Assembly (NCBI RefSeq): GCF_036321535.1
Contig: NC_087437.1
Location: 16,990,001 to 17,054,000 of the forward strand
DNA length: 64,000 bases
Source of the DNA: Camelus dromedarius
Lineage: Eukaryota
Direction: 5' to 3'
Positions 30,340 to 44,248 of the stretch are shown one piece after another. Position 1 is the first letter of the stretch. Each line of letters starts with the position of its first letter. Below the pieces are notes generated by a model that saw nothing but the letters and a program-made list of their open reading frames with translations, ran no database searches and was not told where the DNA came from. Both the position numbers and the translations under genes were made by a program.

Positions 30340-30478
30340 TTGGTAGTACAATGACACCCCACTTCCTTTAACTGTACTTTATGGTTACGGAAGTGAGAAA
30401 TAAATTTCTATTGTATTAAGCCATTGAGCTATTGAGATTAATCTACTATAGCAGTTAGCACTACCTTAACCAGCATAA
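30340..30478 (+). mobile_element. MLT1 (MaLR) LTR 3' fragment
   Basis: gtgagaaataaatttctattgtattaagccattgag...ctatagcagttagc is a typical MLT1 end. Confidence 0.6.
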
Positions 30479-30512
30479 AAGTTCTTTATTAGCCCTTTTT
30501 CTTAATAATTAC

Positions 30513-30718
30513 TTTATTTTTATATTTATTTTATTATTATTGTTTTAAATTGAACTATAGTTGACTTACAGTTTGTTAGTTTCTGGTGTACAGTACAGTG
30601 ATTCAGTTATATATACATTCTTTTTCATATTCTTTTTCACTATAGGTTATTACAAGATATTGAATGTTGTGCTATACAGTAGGACCTTGTTTATCTATTT
30701 TATATATAGTATTTTGTA
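30513..30718 (-). mobile_element. Short L1 3'-end insertion, same family as 1938-4442
   Basis: T-rich tail then tatagttgacttacag...ggtgtacagtacagtgattcagttatata...tacaagatattgaat...gtaggaccttgttt. Confidence 0.75.
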
Positions 30719-31274
30719 ACTTCTTTATAATTGCTTATATCTGTTTAAAGGAACTAGCTCTTTATCTTTGATTAGAAGACTGAATCAGTGAGAATCATTC
30801 AAACTGCAGCTAATGATATATCTTGAAGATGAAGATGAACTGTTATTATAACCATATTACAACACGTAAGTTAAGGCAGAGATAAGCTCTTAGAATATTA
30901 AATTTAGAAAAACTGAATTTGCCTGGAAAATAAAATCTGACTAGAGACTAATAACAGGAAAATGATTATGTACACATAATATATATGCATACATTATCTA
31001 CACATATAGGACATGTTTAAAATTCTGAAAATCCTGTGGGATTTTAATGACTGTTGGACAAATTTTGGCTCTTTGACTTTTCTGTTTGCTAGAGACTTTA
31101 AGGTGAAGGAGGATCAAATTTTTTAGTGGACATACATGACAAAAGAGTGAACTGAACTTAATACTAGTCTGCTTCTCACATCCAAAACTGCTCTATCATA
31201 TTTAGACTAGGTAAATACAACTACAATTAATATCACCTTTTAAACAGAAACTTTAGGTACAAAATAATCAACAT

Positions 31275-32060
31275 GGTTTCACTCAAAAGGATATAAAGCT
31301 GGCAAATAAGTACATGAAAAGATGTTCAATATCATTAGCATTAAGGAAATACACATTAAAAGCTCAGTGAAACACCACTACGTACCTACTAGAATGGCTA
31401 AAGTAAAAACTACTGACAATATCAAGTGCTGGTGAGGATGCAGAACAACTAGAACTCTCATACACTGCTGGCAGAAATGCAGAATGGTACAGCCACTCTG
31501 GAAAATGGTCTGGCAGTTTCTAATAAAGTTAAACATATACTTACCATAAGACCTAGCAATTGTACTTCTAGGCATTTACTTTAGAAAAATGAAAATTTAT
31601 GTTGAAACAAAAGACTATATACAAATATTCATAGCACCTTTCATTGTGATAGCCAGAAGCTGGAAACAACCCAAATGTCTTTTGACAGGGTGAATGGATA
31701 AAATAAACTGTGGTGTGTCTACACAATGGAATACAACTTGAGTGGTAAAATGGCAAACCAACTATTGACTCACACAACAACTTGGATTAATCTCTAAGGC
31801 ACTATGGTCAAGGTTTACATCCTGTGTAATTCCATTTATCTGGAAATCTCAGAAAGACATAACTACAGTGGTGGAAAACAAATGAGTGGTTTCCAGGAGT
31901 TGTAGGTGGGGAAAACACATACAAAGAAGTTTTTGGGATGATGAAACTGTCCTGTATACTGATTTTGGTGATGACTACGTAAATCTATACATAATTCATA
32001 ACTTCATGTAAGAAGGAAAGTAAGTCAGTTTCACTATATAATAACTTAAAAAATAAGAAT
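31275..32060 (+). mobile_element. L1 (L1MB/MC-like) ORF2 end and 3' UTR
   Basis: aagtacatgaaaagatgttcaatatcattagc...gtgctggtgaggatgcagaacaactagaactctcatacactgctgg... Confidence 0.85.
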
Positions 32061-32319
32061 AGATATGGCAAACAGTAGAGTCTGCTGTAATATTTTTCTT
32101 GAGGAGATCCTAAAAAGAGCACAAACATTGAAGTGAATCATAGTGACATAAAGTAACAATTCTTTAATAAAGAGGAAAGATTCCTAAATCCTACATGTGC
32201 TTTGGGAATGAGAGATCACCCAATGAGTTGTATTACCAACAGGCCTACTATATTAAAAATTTTTTTAAAAAAAATCAGAAGATTGAAAAACTCAGGTAAA
32301 AAATTCAAACAGTAAAAGG

Positions 32320-33870
32320 TTTTACCTTTAGGTCTATGGTCTATTTTGAGTTAATTTTATATATGCTGTAAAGTATGGAATGAAATTCCTTTTTTTTTTT
32401 TTTTGCATATGGATAACCAACTATTTGGATAAGATTATTTGTTGCAAAGATCATCCTTTCTCCAAAGAACTGTCTCAGCAGTCAAAAATCAACTGACCAT
32501 ATATGCATAGGCCTACTTCCGGATTCTCTATGCTGTTCCTTAGATCTATATCTATCCTTTTTTTCAGTATCACACTAGGTTACTGGTTACAGTCTTGAAA
32601 TCAGGTAGTGTCGATCTTCTAACTTCATTGTTTAAAAAAAATTCTTTTGGTTATTTTATTTCTTTTGCCTTTCCATATAAATTTTAGAAGCAAGTTGTCA
32701 GTTTCTATAAAAAATCTTGCTGTGATTTCAACTGGAACTGTGTTAAATCTAAGATCAGTTTGGGGAGAATTAATATTTTAACAATACTGAGCCTTCTAAT
32801 TCATAAACATGATATATCTATATTTATTAAAATCTTTGATTTCTTTCATTAGTGTTTTGTACTTTTCAGCATATACATCTTATATACATTTTGTCAGATT
32901 GATACCTAAGTATTTCATATCTTTTGCTGCTATTGTAAATGGCACATGCTTTTAAAATTTCAACCTCCAGTGTTTATTACTGAACAACTTTTTTTGGCCT
33001 TAAAAATACTTACTTACTTTTTTCTTCAAGTATAGTTGATTTACAATATTAGTTTCAGGTGTACAACATAGTGATTCAATACTTTTATAGATATAAACTA
33101 AAGTAATTAAAATATGATAATTTTAACAAAACAATGACTATATTTCCCTGTACTGTATCCTTGTTGCCTATTTATTTGATACATAGCAGTTTCTATCTCT
33201 TAATCTCATACCCTTATCCCTTTCCCTCATTCCTTTTCCCCACTTGGTAACCACTAGTTTGTCCTCTGTATCTGTGAATGTTAAACAGTTGGTTTTTAAA
33301 TTTAAAAAGCAACAGGTGTACATGGTAAAATATCCAACAGTGTAATTAAGTTTCTTGACGACTACAGACCTCTAGTTTTCCAGTAGAAAGCCACTGTTAA
33401 TAATTTCTTATGTATCATCCTAGAAATAATCTGTCAACTAAAAGATGTATGTATATATAGATCTACCTATCACACTTTTAAATTCACATATTGTTCAGCT
33501 CCTTGCCTTTTTCATTAAACTTCTTCTCACATAGACTATTACAGAATAAATAATATCAACATCATTCTTTCACTTATAGCTGCACAGCATTGCACAGAAT
33601 CAAAATTATCCTATCATAGCTAACCAGTCCTCTGTTGATGGACGTTTAGATTATTTCAAGTTTTAAATTTTTATAAACAATTCTACAGTGAACATCTTTG
33701 TACCTACATCTTTGTATACATGTTCAAGTACATATTTGTAGTCTAAATTTCTAGAACTACAAATGCTCAATGAAGGCTATATGTCCTCTTTTAATTTTTA
33801 TACAGACTGACAAATAACCATCTAAAGGGATTACACCAATTTATTCTCAGAATGGTATTTGAACATATCT
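32320..33870 (-). mobile_element. Old antisense L1 fragments, interrupted by a younger L1 3' end at ~33015-33280
   Basis: tttaggtctatggtctattttgagttaatttt...; second T-tailed end aagtatagttgatttacaatattagtttcaggtgtacaacatagtgattc. Confidence 0.75.
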
Positions 33871-34202
33871 CAGTACTTAAAAAAAAAACTCCATAAGGTT
33901 TTCTGATGCATACATATAGTTGAGAATTACTGGAACAGAATCTAGATTGGAGAGAGGATGAAACTGAGGTTACTAAGACAAAATAGGCAGCTACTATCAT
34001 GATTCACAAGAGAAAATATGAGGAACTAAGAAACAGTAGTAAGGCTGGAAAAAAGATGGCAGGAAGAGAGACTCGGGGTACAACTTAAAACACAGTTCAA
34101 AAGTCTCTTGAAATTAAGCACTGCTTCTAAGATAACTTTATATCCTCAAGACCTGACAATCAAATACACTTTTGGTCAATAATGACCAGATGGTAAAGTG
34201 GA

Positions 34203-34221
34203 TGTGTGTGTGTGTGTGTGT
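34203..34221. repeat. (TG)n microsatellite
   Basis: About 9 TG units. Confidence 0.9.
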
Positions 34222-35349
34222 GGAGGGGGTCGTGAAAAAGTCCCCCAAAGTTCTGATATGGCATGCCCAAGGGATATTCGGAAGTGGGTAATGAAATAAT
34301 TTCTAAGCCCAGTCAAGGAAATAATTGTGTAGTCTTCCAAGGAAAGCATGACTATATCAACATACTTCAAGAGAAAACATGACCCCATTATTTATATAAT
34401 CAAAAGCAATAATTTGACTAAAATTAATTATATTATATTCTATCTATATTATATTATATTCTGTCTCAAGAACTGTGTTGACTTCCAGATCATGATAGAT
34501 TACTGCATCTAATCTCTCACCACAATTCCCACTGAATCAATATAAAGAAAGTTTGGAAAAAATGAAAATACAAAATAATGAATTTGACATGGGGCAAACA
34601 TCAGAAGGCACGGGATACTATAAACAGCAGTAGCAAATTAGCAGCAGAAAATTTGAAGAGACACTGAAAAAAGTTTAAAAGCTTGGTTTGAGTGAGTATG
34701 CAATAGCTATGTGACCTGAAGCAAGTTATTTATCTCTATGCTTCAGTTTCATAATCAATAAAATGAGAATAATGATATATATTCCATAGGGTCATCATGA
34801 GGCTTCAACAAATGTATGCAAGTACCTGGTACATAGTAAGTATGAAACAAAAGTTTTCTATTATTGATGTCTTGATAGGCCTAAAGTTACTGACATAGGA
34901 TTACATTTCCTTTTTTATGGGTTTAATCACATTGTTTTGTTATATAGAAAATATTTGCCAAAATAATTTACAAATTGTTTTTTACAGGTTTTCAATTTTT
35001 AGAATTTGGAAAGACATTTCTTGGAACTATACATTACAGCAGAAGTTTAATACTTTACTTTTCTTAGATGTTACCTAAGAGAAAGTTTAAACTTACAGAT
35101 ATACTAACAGGAAACAGGCACAAAGCCCACAAAACAGAATAAGGAGAATTTAACTATTATTTTTTGCATTTATTTTACAATTGTATGAGGAAATACTACA
35201 ATAAATATTGAAATGTAGGTTCTTTATAAGCTAATGATTATTATATTAAGGAATTGCAATAACTTTTAATACTTTTCATAGGTTATGAATTCATTAGCCT
35301 AGGGGAGGTTACCTACAGCCATTGGAACATATTCTGCCAGAAAGTATGG

Positions 35350-36360
35350 AAATGCTCAAAAAATATATTTAAAGTACAGAGAAGCAGGAGGGAAAGACAT
35401 TCCCTCTGGCTAAATCTGCAACAATTTGAGCACCAAAATAGATAACAATAGTACTGAGTTTTAACCAGTTGAATAGAACAGGAATAAACTAGGAATCTAC
35501 TGAAGCCATATGGATGCTAAATTTTAAAAGATGATTTAAAAATTTATGAAGATGAATGAATACATACATACACACACATATAAATAAAGGGAGAAGGGAA
35601 AGTTCTTCTTGATAGCAGAGGGCCAACAAATACATATAAAATAAATGACAGAGTTGGAAAATCACCACTTAAGCTATAACCATTTTGTGACCATGGTAGT
35701 AATAAATGAGTCCAGCAAAGTCATAAATGGATGCTGAAATTATGTCAAAGTTTAATAAGAAACAGGACTATTTACACAGTCTTAAAGAATCTTCCCACAG
35801 GTCACTGATTTATTAAAAAAGAAAATGGTAACTCCACGCAGGAGAGACTTGGCAGATCCCACTTAAAATGATCAAAAGTAATTAAAACAATTATCACCAA
35901 TACTGAACAAACTACCATCATGTGTCTCCTGATGTGAGTCTCTAAAGACAGAATATCATTTATGTAGCATTCCTGTCAAGAATGCATAATCTAAATCTAA
36001 ACGTGTAGATCAGACAAAACTAAATTGAGAACAGTGTATAAAATAACTGGTCTATACTCTTCAAAATGTCAATGTTATGAAAGACAAAGCCTGAGAAACC
36101 ATTCTAATTAAAGGTGGCCAAAAAAAAAGACATTATAATTAAATGCAATGTGCTATTATGGTGTGGATCCTGGGTGGGGGAAAAATTGCTGTAAGATTAT
36201 TAATAAATATTTTGTTTTATGTATGCATATTAATATACATAGGGGAAGAGAGAGAGTACATGCAAGCATATAAGAGTGTAATTGTGAAAAATTACTGACA
36301 GTTGAATCAAGCGAAGGGAATATGAGCTGATTTTTCTATTATAACTTTTCAATAATTTGA
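35350..36360 (+). mobile_element. L1MC-like 3' UTR fragment
   Basis: ttggaaaatcaccactt...ggagagacttggcagatcccactt...tgtagcattcctgtcaagaatgcataatctaaatcta. Confidence 0.6.
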
Positions 36361-36384
36361 CTTTAAAAATCTAGTATAAGAAAT

Positions 36385-36950
36385 AATATAATTCAAAAAG
36401 ACACGTGCACCCCAATGTTCACAGCAGCAGTACTTACAATAGCCAAAACATGGAAACAACCTAAATGCCCATCAACAGATGAACGGATAAAGAAGTTGTA
36501 GTATGTACATACAATGGAATACTACCTAGCCATAAAAAAGAATAAAATAATGCCATTTACAGCAACATGGATGGACTGGAGATCATCATTCTAAGTGTAC
36601 GCCAGAAAGAGAAAGAAAAATTCCGTATGATATCACTTATATGTGGAATCTAAAAAAAAAAGACACAAATGAACTTATTTACAAAACAGAAACAGACTCA
36701 CAGACATAGAGAACTTCTGGTTAACAGAGGGGAAAGGAGGTGGAAAGGGATAAACTGAGAGTTTGAGATTTGCAGATACTAACTACTATATATAAAACAG
36801 ATAAACGACAAGTTTCTACTGTATAGCACAGGAAACTGTATTCAGTATCTTGTAGTAACCTATAATGAAAAAGAATATGAAAACAAATATATGTATGTAT
36901 TTGCATGACTGAAACATGCTGTATACCAGAAACTGACACATTGTAAACTA
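36385..36950 (+). mobile_element. L1 3' end (ORF2 C-terminus and 3' UTR), cetartiodactyl-type
   Basis: aaaagacacgtgcaccccaatgttcacagcagca...tggaaacaacctaaatgccc...cagactcacagacatagagaac; inverted relative to the L1 at 1938-4442. Confidence 0.88.
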
Positions 36951-38897
36951 TCCTTGATACAAAGAATGCAAAATAGATTTTTTTAAACTTTGGTTTTACA
37001 TATTCTAAAACTAATAATAGCTAAACTAGTACTGGCAAAAAGAAAAAACAGATCACTACAGATCACTAAAAGGAAGGAAAAAAAAAAGAATTCAGTTAAT
37101 CCTGAAGAGTGTGACTGCAAAACTCCTAAGTGAAATGGTTACCATGGAAAATGAACAAATATATGGACAATACAGTTCTCCTAAATAGATAAAAAGTAAA
37201 TTTTAAGGTATCTTCAAAACCTATAACTGAGGGTTAATAACAGCAAACATTTTGGTAGCTGCTTGATATTGTTGCTCTAAAAGATTATTTTTTGGAGCTC
37301 TAAGTGAAAGGGACACAGTTGGAATCTAAAAAAGCAAGTTCACATGGTCATATGAAGGATTGGTTGAATACACTTCTTGGATTTTTGGTACTGGATATCT
37401 AAACAGATGTTTCTAAGAGCTGTTAAATGCTAAATAATTTCTAACTGTTAAAATGAATAGGAGTATAATCTAGTAGTGATGCACTCAAACTTCATACAAA
37501 GATTGTGTCTAAGAAGTTAAACCTAAAGCAAATGTCACATAAATATGTTATTCAAAGAAACTAAAATAAAATGTGGGTAGATAATACATGTGTAGTGAAA
37601 GTAACAGAAAATCAACATAACTTACACTGTGAGACCATAACAAGTCAGCTCTAAGACAATAAATGATGGTATAGTGAATTAAAATATAAATTCAGATATA
37701 GTTATAATCCCCAGATGAAACAGAGAAGTGCTATTCTTATTCTCTTCTTGAGGAAAATGAGGAAACCAAAAAAAGATTATCTTAATTACGCCATTCCTTT
37801 GCAACTTTGAAGCACAGTTTGAGAATATCAGTGGACTGCATTTAGGTTAGTGAAAAGTTTGAAATGAATGGAGGATGAAAGCTGAAGATTCAACAATAAA
37901 TGAAGAAAAACAACACAGGGTCAAATATTTAGCCTATTCTCACAAACTACAATAAAACACCTAACATAATCAGGGACATTTGTTAGTAAGAGTGGATACA
38001 AAGTAAAGATCAAGGACATGAATTAAGGCAACTTAAAAGAATTAATCACAGCAATTATATAGCACTGTTTCTGTGATTAACTTTCAATATGAAAATATAA
38101 CTTTATTACATCTGTTGACATTCTTACTGCTTTAGTACAATGAAGTGTCATCTAAGCACTCCATATTACCAAAATGGGAATGGATGTGCTTACCCCTAAA
38201 CACCACCTATACCAAACTATGGGGTTGGTATATTGGTCTACATGACTGAGTGTCTGCAATGGACAGAATAACTCTTAATTCTTAACAACAGACTTCTATT
38301 GTTGATTGGCAATAATTGCAATTATGAATTAACAACTTAATTCTCACATAGAATTATAGTCTTAATTCTCTGTATGGTAATTAACTATTCTAAATCTCTT
38401 TCAGACTAGATAAAATTTGCTGAATTCCTGCCCTTTCTACTCCAACTTATATATGAATGCAAAGAGGTCTAAAATCTGCTAAAGGCCTCCAAACTTGTTT
38501 AACTATGATTCTACCACAAAAACCAAGCCGTATCTAAGATTTACTATTATCAATACCTAGGCAATGCCTGAAATACAGCCATGATTAGAAATTTTCATTA
38601 TACTAATTGATGAAGTGTTGAAATTGCTACTATAGTCACTAACTGTATTTTTCCTAAAAGAGTATTAATGTGTTCGTCAATACTGAAATTTTGACATATT
38701 ATAGCAAAGACTATTTTTTTCCACTCAAATCTGAAAATATAAGATACCTATCCATAACATTCAATCACTAGGACAATAATTCTCAAATGAGGTGGCTGCA
38801 TTTAAGAATTTTCAACTACTTTCTATGATAGGCTTTTGATAATCCTACACGATCTCAGAAAAGCTTAGCTTTCTAAAATGATACAGAAGGAATATTA

Positions 38898-39017
<120 letters not shown>

Positions 39018-39149
39018 TTAACTTTATTGTAGACTGAAAGAAAATTTAAATTTGCTGAGCTCAGTTTCCATGGGGGAAGAATAAAGTTAACTTCATTTTC
39101 TAGTAGAACTGAGAAAGATCTATAAGGAAATGTTCAAGTACCCAAACTT

Positions 39150-39295
39150 AAGAAAAAAAGAAAGAGACAAAGACAGAGAGAGAAGGAGAGAGTGAAAGAG
39201 AGAGAAAGACAGAAGGAAAAGAAAGGGGGAAAGGGAGAGGGGAATGAGAGGAGGAAAGGAGAAGGAAGAGGGTACTGAAAGAGACAGAGGAAGAG
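39150..39295. repeat. GA-rich low-complexity purine tract
   Basis: Almost pure A/G for about 145 bp. Confidence 0.85.
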
Positions 39296-40463
39296 TGCAA
39301 GCTCATATAGGAATTCATTAAAATAAATCAGTGAAACTTCACATGTTTAAGTGAAGGTCACCATTATATGATCAATCTAAGCTCTTATTCCATTTCTTTC
39401 TTTCTTTTATATTTTAAAATACAATGTCCACTCACAATTTCAAAATACAAGTACATGTGTATTCTTGAAAAAGATTTGTATTCACAAGACGGAAATAAAG
39501 AATGACAAAATCAATCAGGGTAAAGAAAATATGGCACAGTTCAAAAACTTTAGTGTTGCCATTTACATGGGCTAAGGACTTCTGAATGAGGTAACATTGA
39601 CAATGTAAATTCTCATGAGCTCTATTACTAAAAATATTAAGATTACCAGCTGTCAACTTTTATTTTCAAATGTCAAAATATTTTCATAAACAGAAGCTTT
39701 GACACTGGTTGTTAACTTTTATTTCAAATGTCAAAATATTTCTTAAAATATAACTTTGTTTCCCCATGGAATTCCAAACATATACTTGTGTATACAGAAA
39801 AGGCTTAAATTTTAGACACTGCTTTTGAAATCCGAAGTATTCGTTAAATGCAAGGGCTACACCTAAACATTCTTTTTACAACATAGTTCTTCATTTTCTG
39901 TTCTTTATGGAGAAGATAAGCATGTCTCATTATAATACATATGCAAATTACAATTTGAAAATACACCTATTTCATTGATCTAAGCCTTTCTTTCTTATTC
40001 AAATCCAACTGTTCTGTCTACATAGTAAGAACACAGTAACACAAGACAAACAAGAACAATTCAGGAAAAAAAGCTCATAGAAATAACTTTTATGGCTTTC
40101 CTCCAAATCTTGATTCTTATCTAGTAAAATTTCCAAAATTTGAGTTATCAACTGAAAATTATACCTATAAAACTCTAGCTTATAGAATAAGCCCGTCTCA
40201 TTTGTTAATAATACTGATTATCTTTTACAGTGTACAATGTACATTCATTACACTGAATGATAAATCTTACTCCTTAAGCAATCAAATTATAATAAAAACC
40301 CCATAATTTATCTGGAGAAAATATGAATAATAAAGAGAAAACAGTACAACATCTCAACATTTCTCTAAAATTTCCATTGTTACATGGATGTTAAACATTA
40401 CAAGTCTGTTTTATGTTGACTAACAGATTATTCATTAAGTCTACTTTAAATAAAATGACATAC

Positions 40464-40534
40464 TTGTGAAAAGAGGTTAACCGCTTTAACGTAGAAAGAA
40501 CATTGTAAATATCATCATCATCAGCTTCTTCTCC
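40464..40534 (-). CDS. STAG1: STAG1 exon (~exon 20, 71 bp): [23 protein letters not shown](N)
   Basis: Acceptor tttacag|GGA, donor CAA|gtatgt; ends phase 2. Confidence 0.96.
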
Positions 40535-41512
40535 CTGTAAATAAAAAGCAGACAGCACCTCAATACCATAACTTTACTCATCCTCAAATTCATATGAAGT
40601 CTATTAGTACTTACTGCCTAAAGAAAAAATCTTTTTATCACACAAATAGTACATATTCACTGTTGGTAAACAAGAAAATGAAATAAGCAAAAAACAAAAC
40701 AAACAAACAAAAAAACCCCCCAAAACAAAAAACCCCATAATCATAACACCCACAGATAATCACTTTTGTATTTTAAACAATGTCATAAACGTGATTTGTG
40801 CACTTTTCTGATGAATAATGTCAGGATAAATATCTTGAAAACTGCTCAGTGAAACGATATGTATTTTAAAGATGTTAATGGTTATTTCAAAGATCTTACT
40901 GATTATCAGTTACTTCTGTAGCTTCAAAATCATAATGAAAAATTAAAAATGGTTGAAAAATATTAAAAGTTAAAATTAAAAATTAACAGTAGGCAAAGAC
41001 TGATTACATGCATTAAAAAGAAATCCTATCAACCTGGCCATCACTGAAAGGTGTGAGAATTCCAGATTACCTTATACAGATTGAAAGGAAGGGGCAAGAA
41101 GCAGGAATCACAGAAACAATTATAAAAATAACCAACTGGAGATACTTGCTGCTATCTTGGGCACACCACTGGTAAGCAGTCATCCTTTATAAATACACTT
41201 AATTTTTATGTTCTATTCATTAGCACATCATAATAGTTCAGTAATATTAAAATGTAAATTAGGTTCCAGGAATAGAAAATGAAAAAATGAGTTAAGAAAA
41301 GCCATACTTTAAAGTTTTCTTAAAAGAATTAAAAAAACAGACTTTTATGAAACAGGTTTTTAAAATAAAAACAAAGTATAACTAAAGCTGATGTTTATAG
41401 GATGAACAACTGCAATAATGCTAAGTTTTAAAAGGAGTAGAGAATTCTACCTAATTTTATTTTAAAGTGGAAATACTTAGCTATCTTGAATAATTATTAG
41501 AAAAAATTATTA

Positions 41513-41779
<267 letters not shown>

Positions 41780-41829
41780 TTAATAACAAAAAATAAAAAT
41801 AAGCATCTGTCAAATAACAAATAAGCCTA

Positions 41830-41991
<162 letters not shown>

Positions 41992-42058
41992 CTAGGAGAA
42001 GAAAAAGAAGTAACTGTTTTAATACTATGGTGTAATAAGCAAACTCAGTGACATATCA

Positions 42059-42172
<114 letters not shown>

Positions 42173-42689
42173 CTAGAAATAAATTAAAATGGGCAAAGAA
42201 TAAGAGTGTCATGTACTAACTGATAAATCTACAATGTTACAAAGAATGATGAAACACTGGCAGGTAATAAGAGAATTTTCCGAAGAGCTTAACAAACTAT
42301 TAAAATAAACGCATCTAGTTTTATGCGAATTGCTAGTAAACAAACACTATTACTTTATTAAATAGCTACTTATTTTAGATAAACTACTACTTGTTCAGAT
42401 GAAATAAAAACAAAAATAATTTTTTGTAAAAAACCACAGTTATAAATATAAAAATACTGGAAACAATGGAGAAATACTTTTTCTAGAGTTTTAATTTCAA
42501 TATGTTAACAGTGATCTTCCGTATGTTAAACTTTTCTAAAAATACTTTAGAAAGTAATGCTTTTTTAATACCATCAGCAGCTAACACATTTTTACTTATT
42601 TTTAAAGCATATATTTAACAATGTCTCTGGACCCATTTATATTTAATTGTTCTTATAATTAAGCCATAAATCTGTTAGGCAATAATCAA

Positions 42690-42835
42690 GATAAAGAATA
42701 AATAAAATAAATATAGAATAAATAAATAAATAAATAAATAAAGAATAAATAAATAAATAAATAAAGAAAGAAAGAAAGAAATAAAGAAAGAAAGAAAGAA
42801 TAAATAAAATAAATAAAGAATAAATAAAATAAATC
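42690..42835. repeat. Compound (TAAA)n/(GAAA)n microsatellite
   Basis: Interleaved aata and aaga units. Confidence 0.92.
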
Positions 42836-44248
42836 AAGTTTTTGGTCACTGAACAGATTAAAGCCCTTCACCTTAGCCTGTATTCTACTAGTTAAACCAT
42901 ACGTGGTTCAAAAAATAACATATTAAAATGCAGTTCAGTTAGGATAACTACTTTCCCAAAGCATTCTGCAGTTTGTTATTAGCTTGAAGGAATTTACCAT
43001 CACAACGTTGAATGGTTTTACAGAACAGAAACTCAAAAAAATTGCCACTTTATAAATGTGAACCCCAATGTTTGAGAACGTATGAAAGCAGTAATAGAGC
43101 CTCCTATCTGATTCTTCTTCCAGGGTTTTTACTTTTCAACTCCTTAAACAAAATCACTTTGGAATGATCTACTGTCATGTTTAGTTCTGTACAAAGCAAT
43201 TAAAGAGACTACATATAAAGTAAAATATATATCTGTAGATGTACTCAAGATACTGAGAAGTCTTAAAATTCATTCAACAATATATGAAAGGTCTAAGGAT
43301 GTTTTCAGTGTAACAGCTATCTTTGTGTCAGACACTCTACATACATGAATTCATTTAATCCTCACAACATCTCTGATAGGAGAGCAAAACTGGCATACCT
43401 ATGAAGGGGTAATTTACCAATATGTAACGAAATTTTATACATAATTTTCTTTGACTCAGCAATCCCACTTGTAGCAATCTACCCCAGCAACACACCTTGT
43501 ACAAGTATGAAATGACACAAGATTATCTGCTGCACATTATTTCTAATAGCAAAAGTCTGGCAACACCCAAAAGACTCTCAATAGTGTATCCACATGTTGG
43601 ATCCTATGCAGCTAAAAGAAAATGAAGATTTCCAAATAAAGTTGTGGAGTAATATCGAGGATATACTGTTAAATGAAAATGAAAGGTACAGAACACCATA
43701 TAAATTATGCTATGTTTTGTAGGAGATAGGAGACCGAGAGGCAGGAGAAGGAAGAGTAAGAATACACACATCTGTGTGTGTGTATGCATTTAACTGTATT
43801 TGTAAAACTGAGATGATAAACCAGAAACAAATCAAAATGGTTACTGGTAGCAAAAGGGTGTAGAGGGAGGCATATAAGAAATACATAAATATATATACAT
43901 ATGTTTAGAGAAATATATATATAGAGAGAAGTTATATAAATATAACTTTGCCTTTTTAACTATGTGAATTTTTATATTTTTCAAAAAAGTGGGAAAAAAA
44001 CACAAAATCAAAGAGGTAAAAACCCTGTTATGCTAAATTCAAGTCAGAAATATCAATATGAATATATGATTTAAATATATGTGTATAAATAGACAAATAC
44101 ATATATACCTTAGCTCTGCGTACTAAGTGTCTAGCAGAAATGATAACCAATTGACAATGAGAATCCTTAGCGACAAGATTTTGATCTTTATATATCACTC
44201 TCTATCAAAAGGAACAAGAGCTAGTGGGAGACTCCTCACATAAGATAA

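Noticed and set aside
38042..38080. Inverted repeat ttaatcacag...ctgtgattaa
   Set aside because: A 10-bp stem is too short for a pre-miRNA or MITE call and is plausible by chance in 64 kb of AT-rich DNA.
42643..42871. Hydrophobic F/I/Y/L-rich ORFs resembling membrane peptides
   Set aside because: They are translations of the (TTTA)n/(TTTC)n microsatellite.
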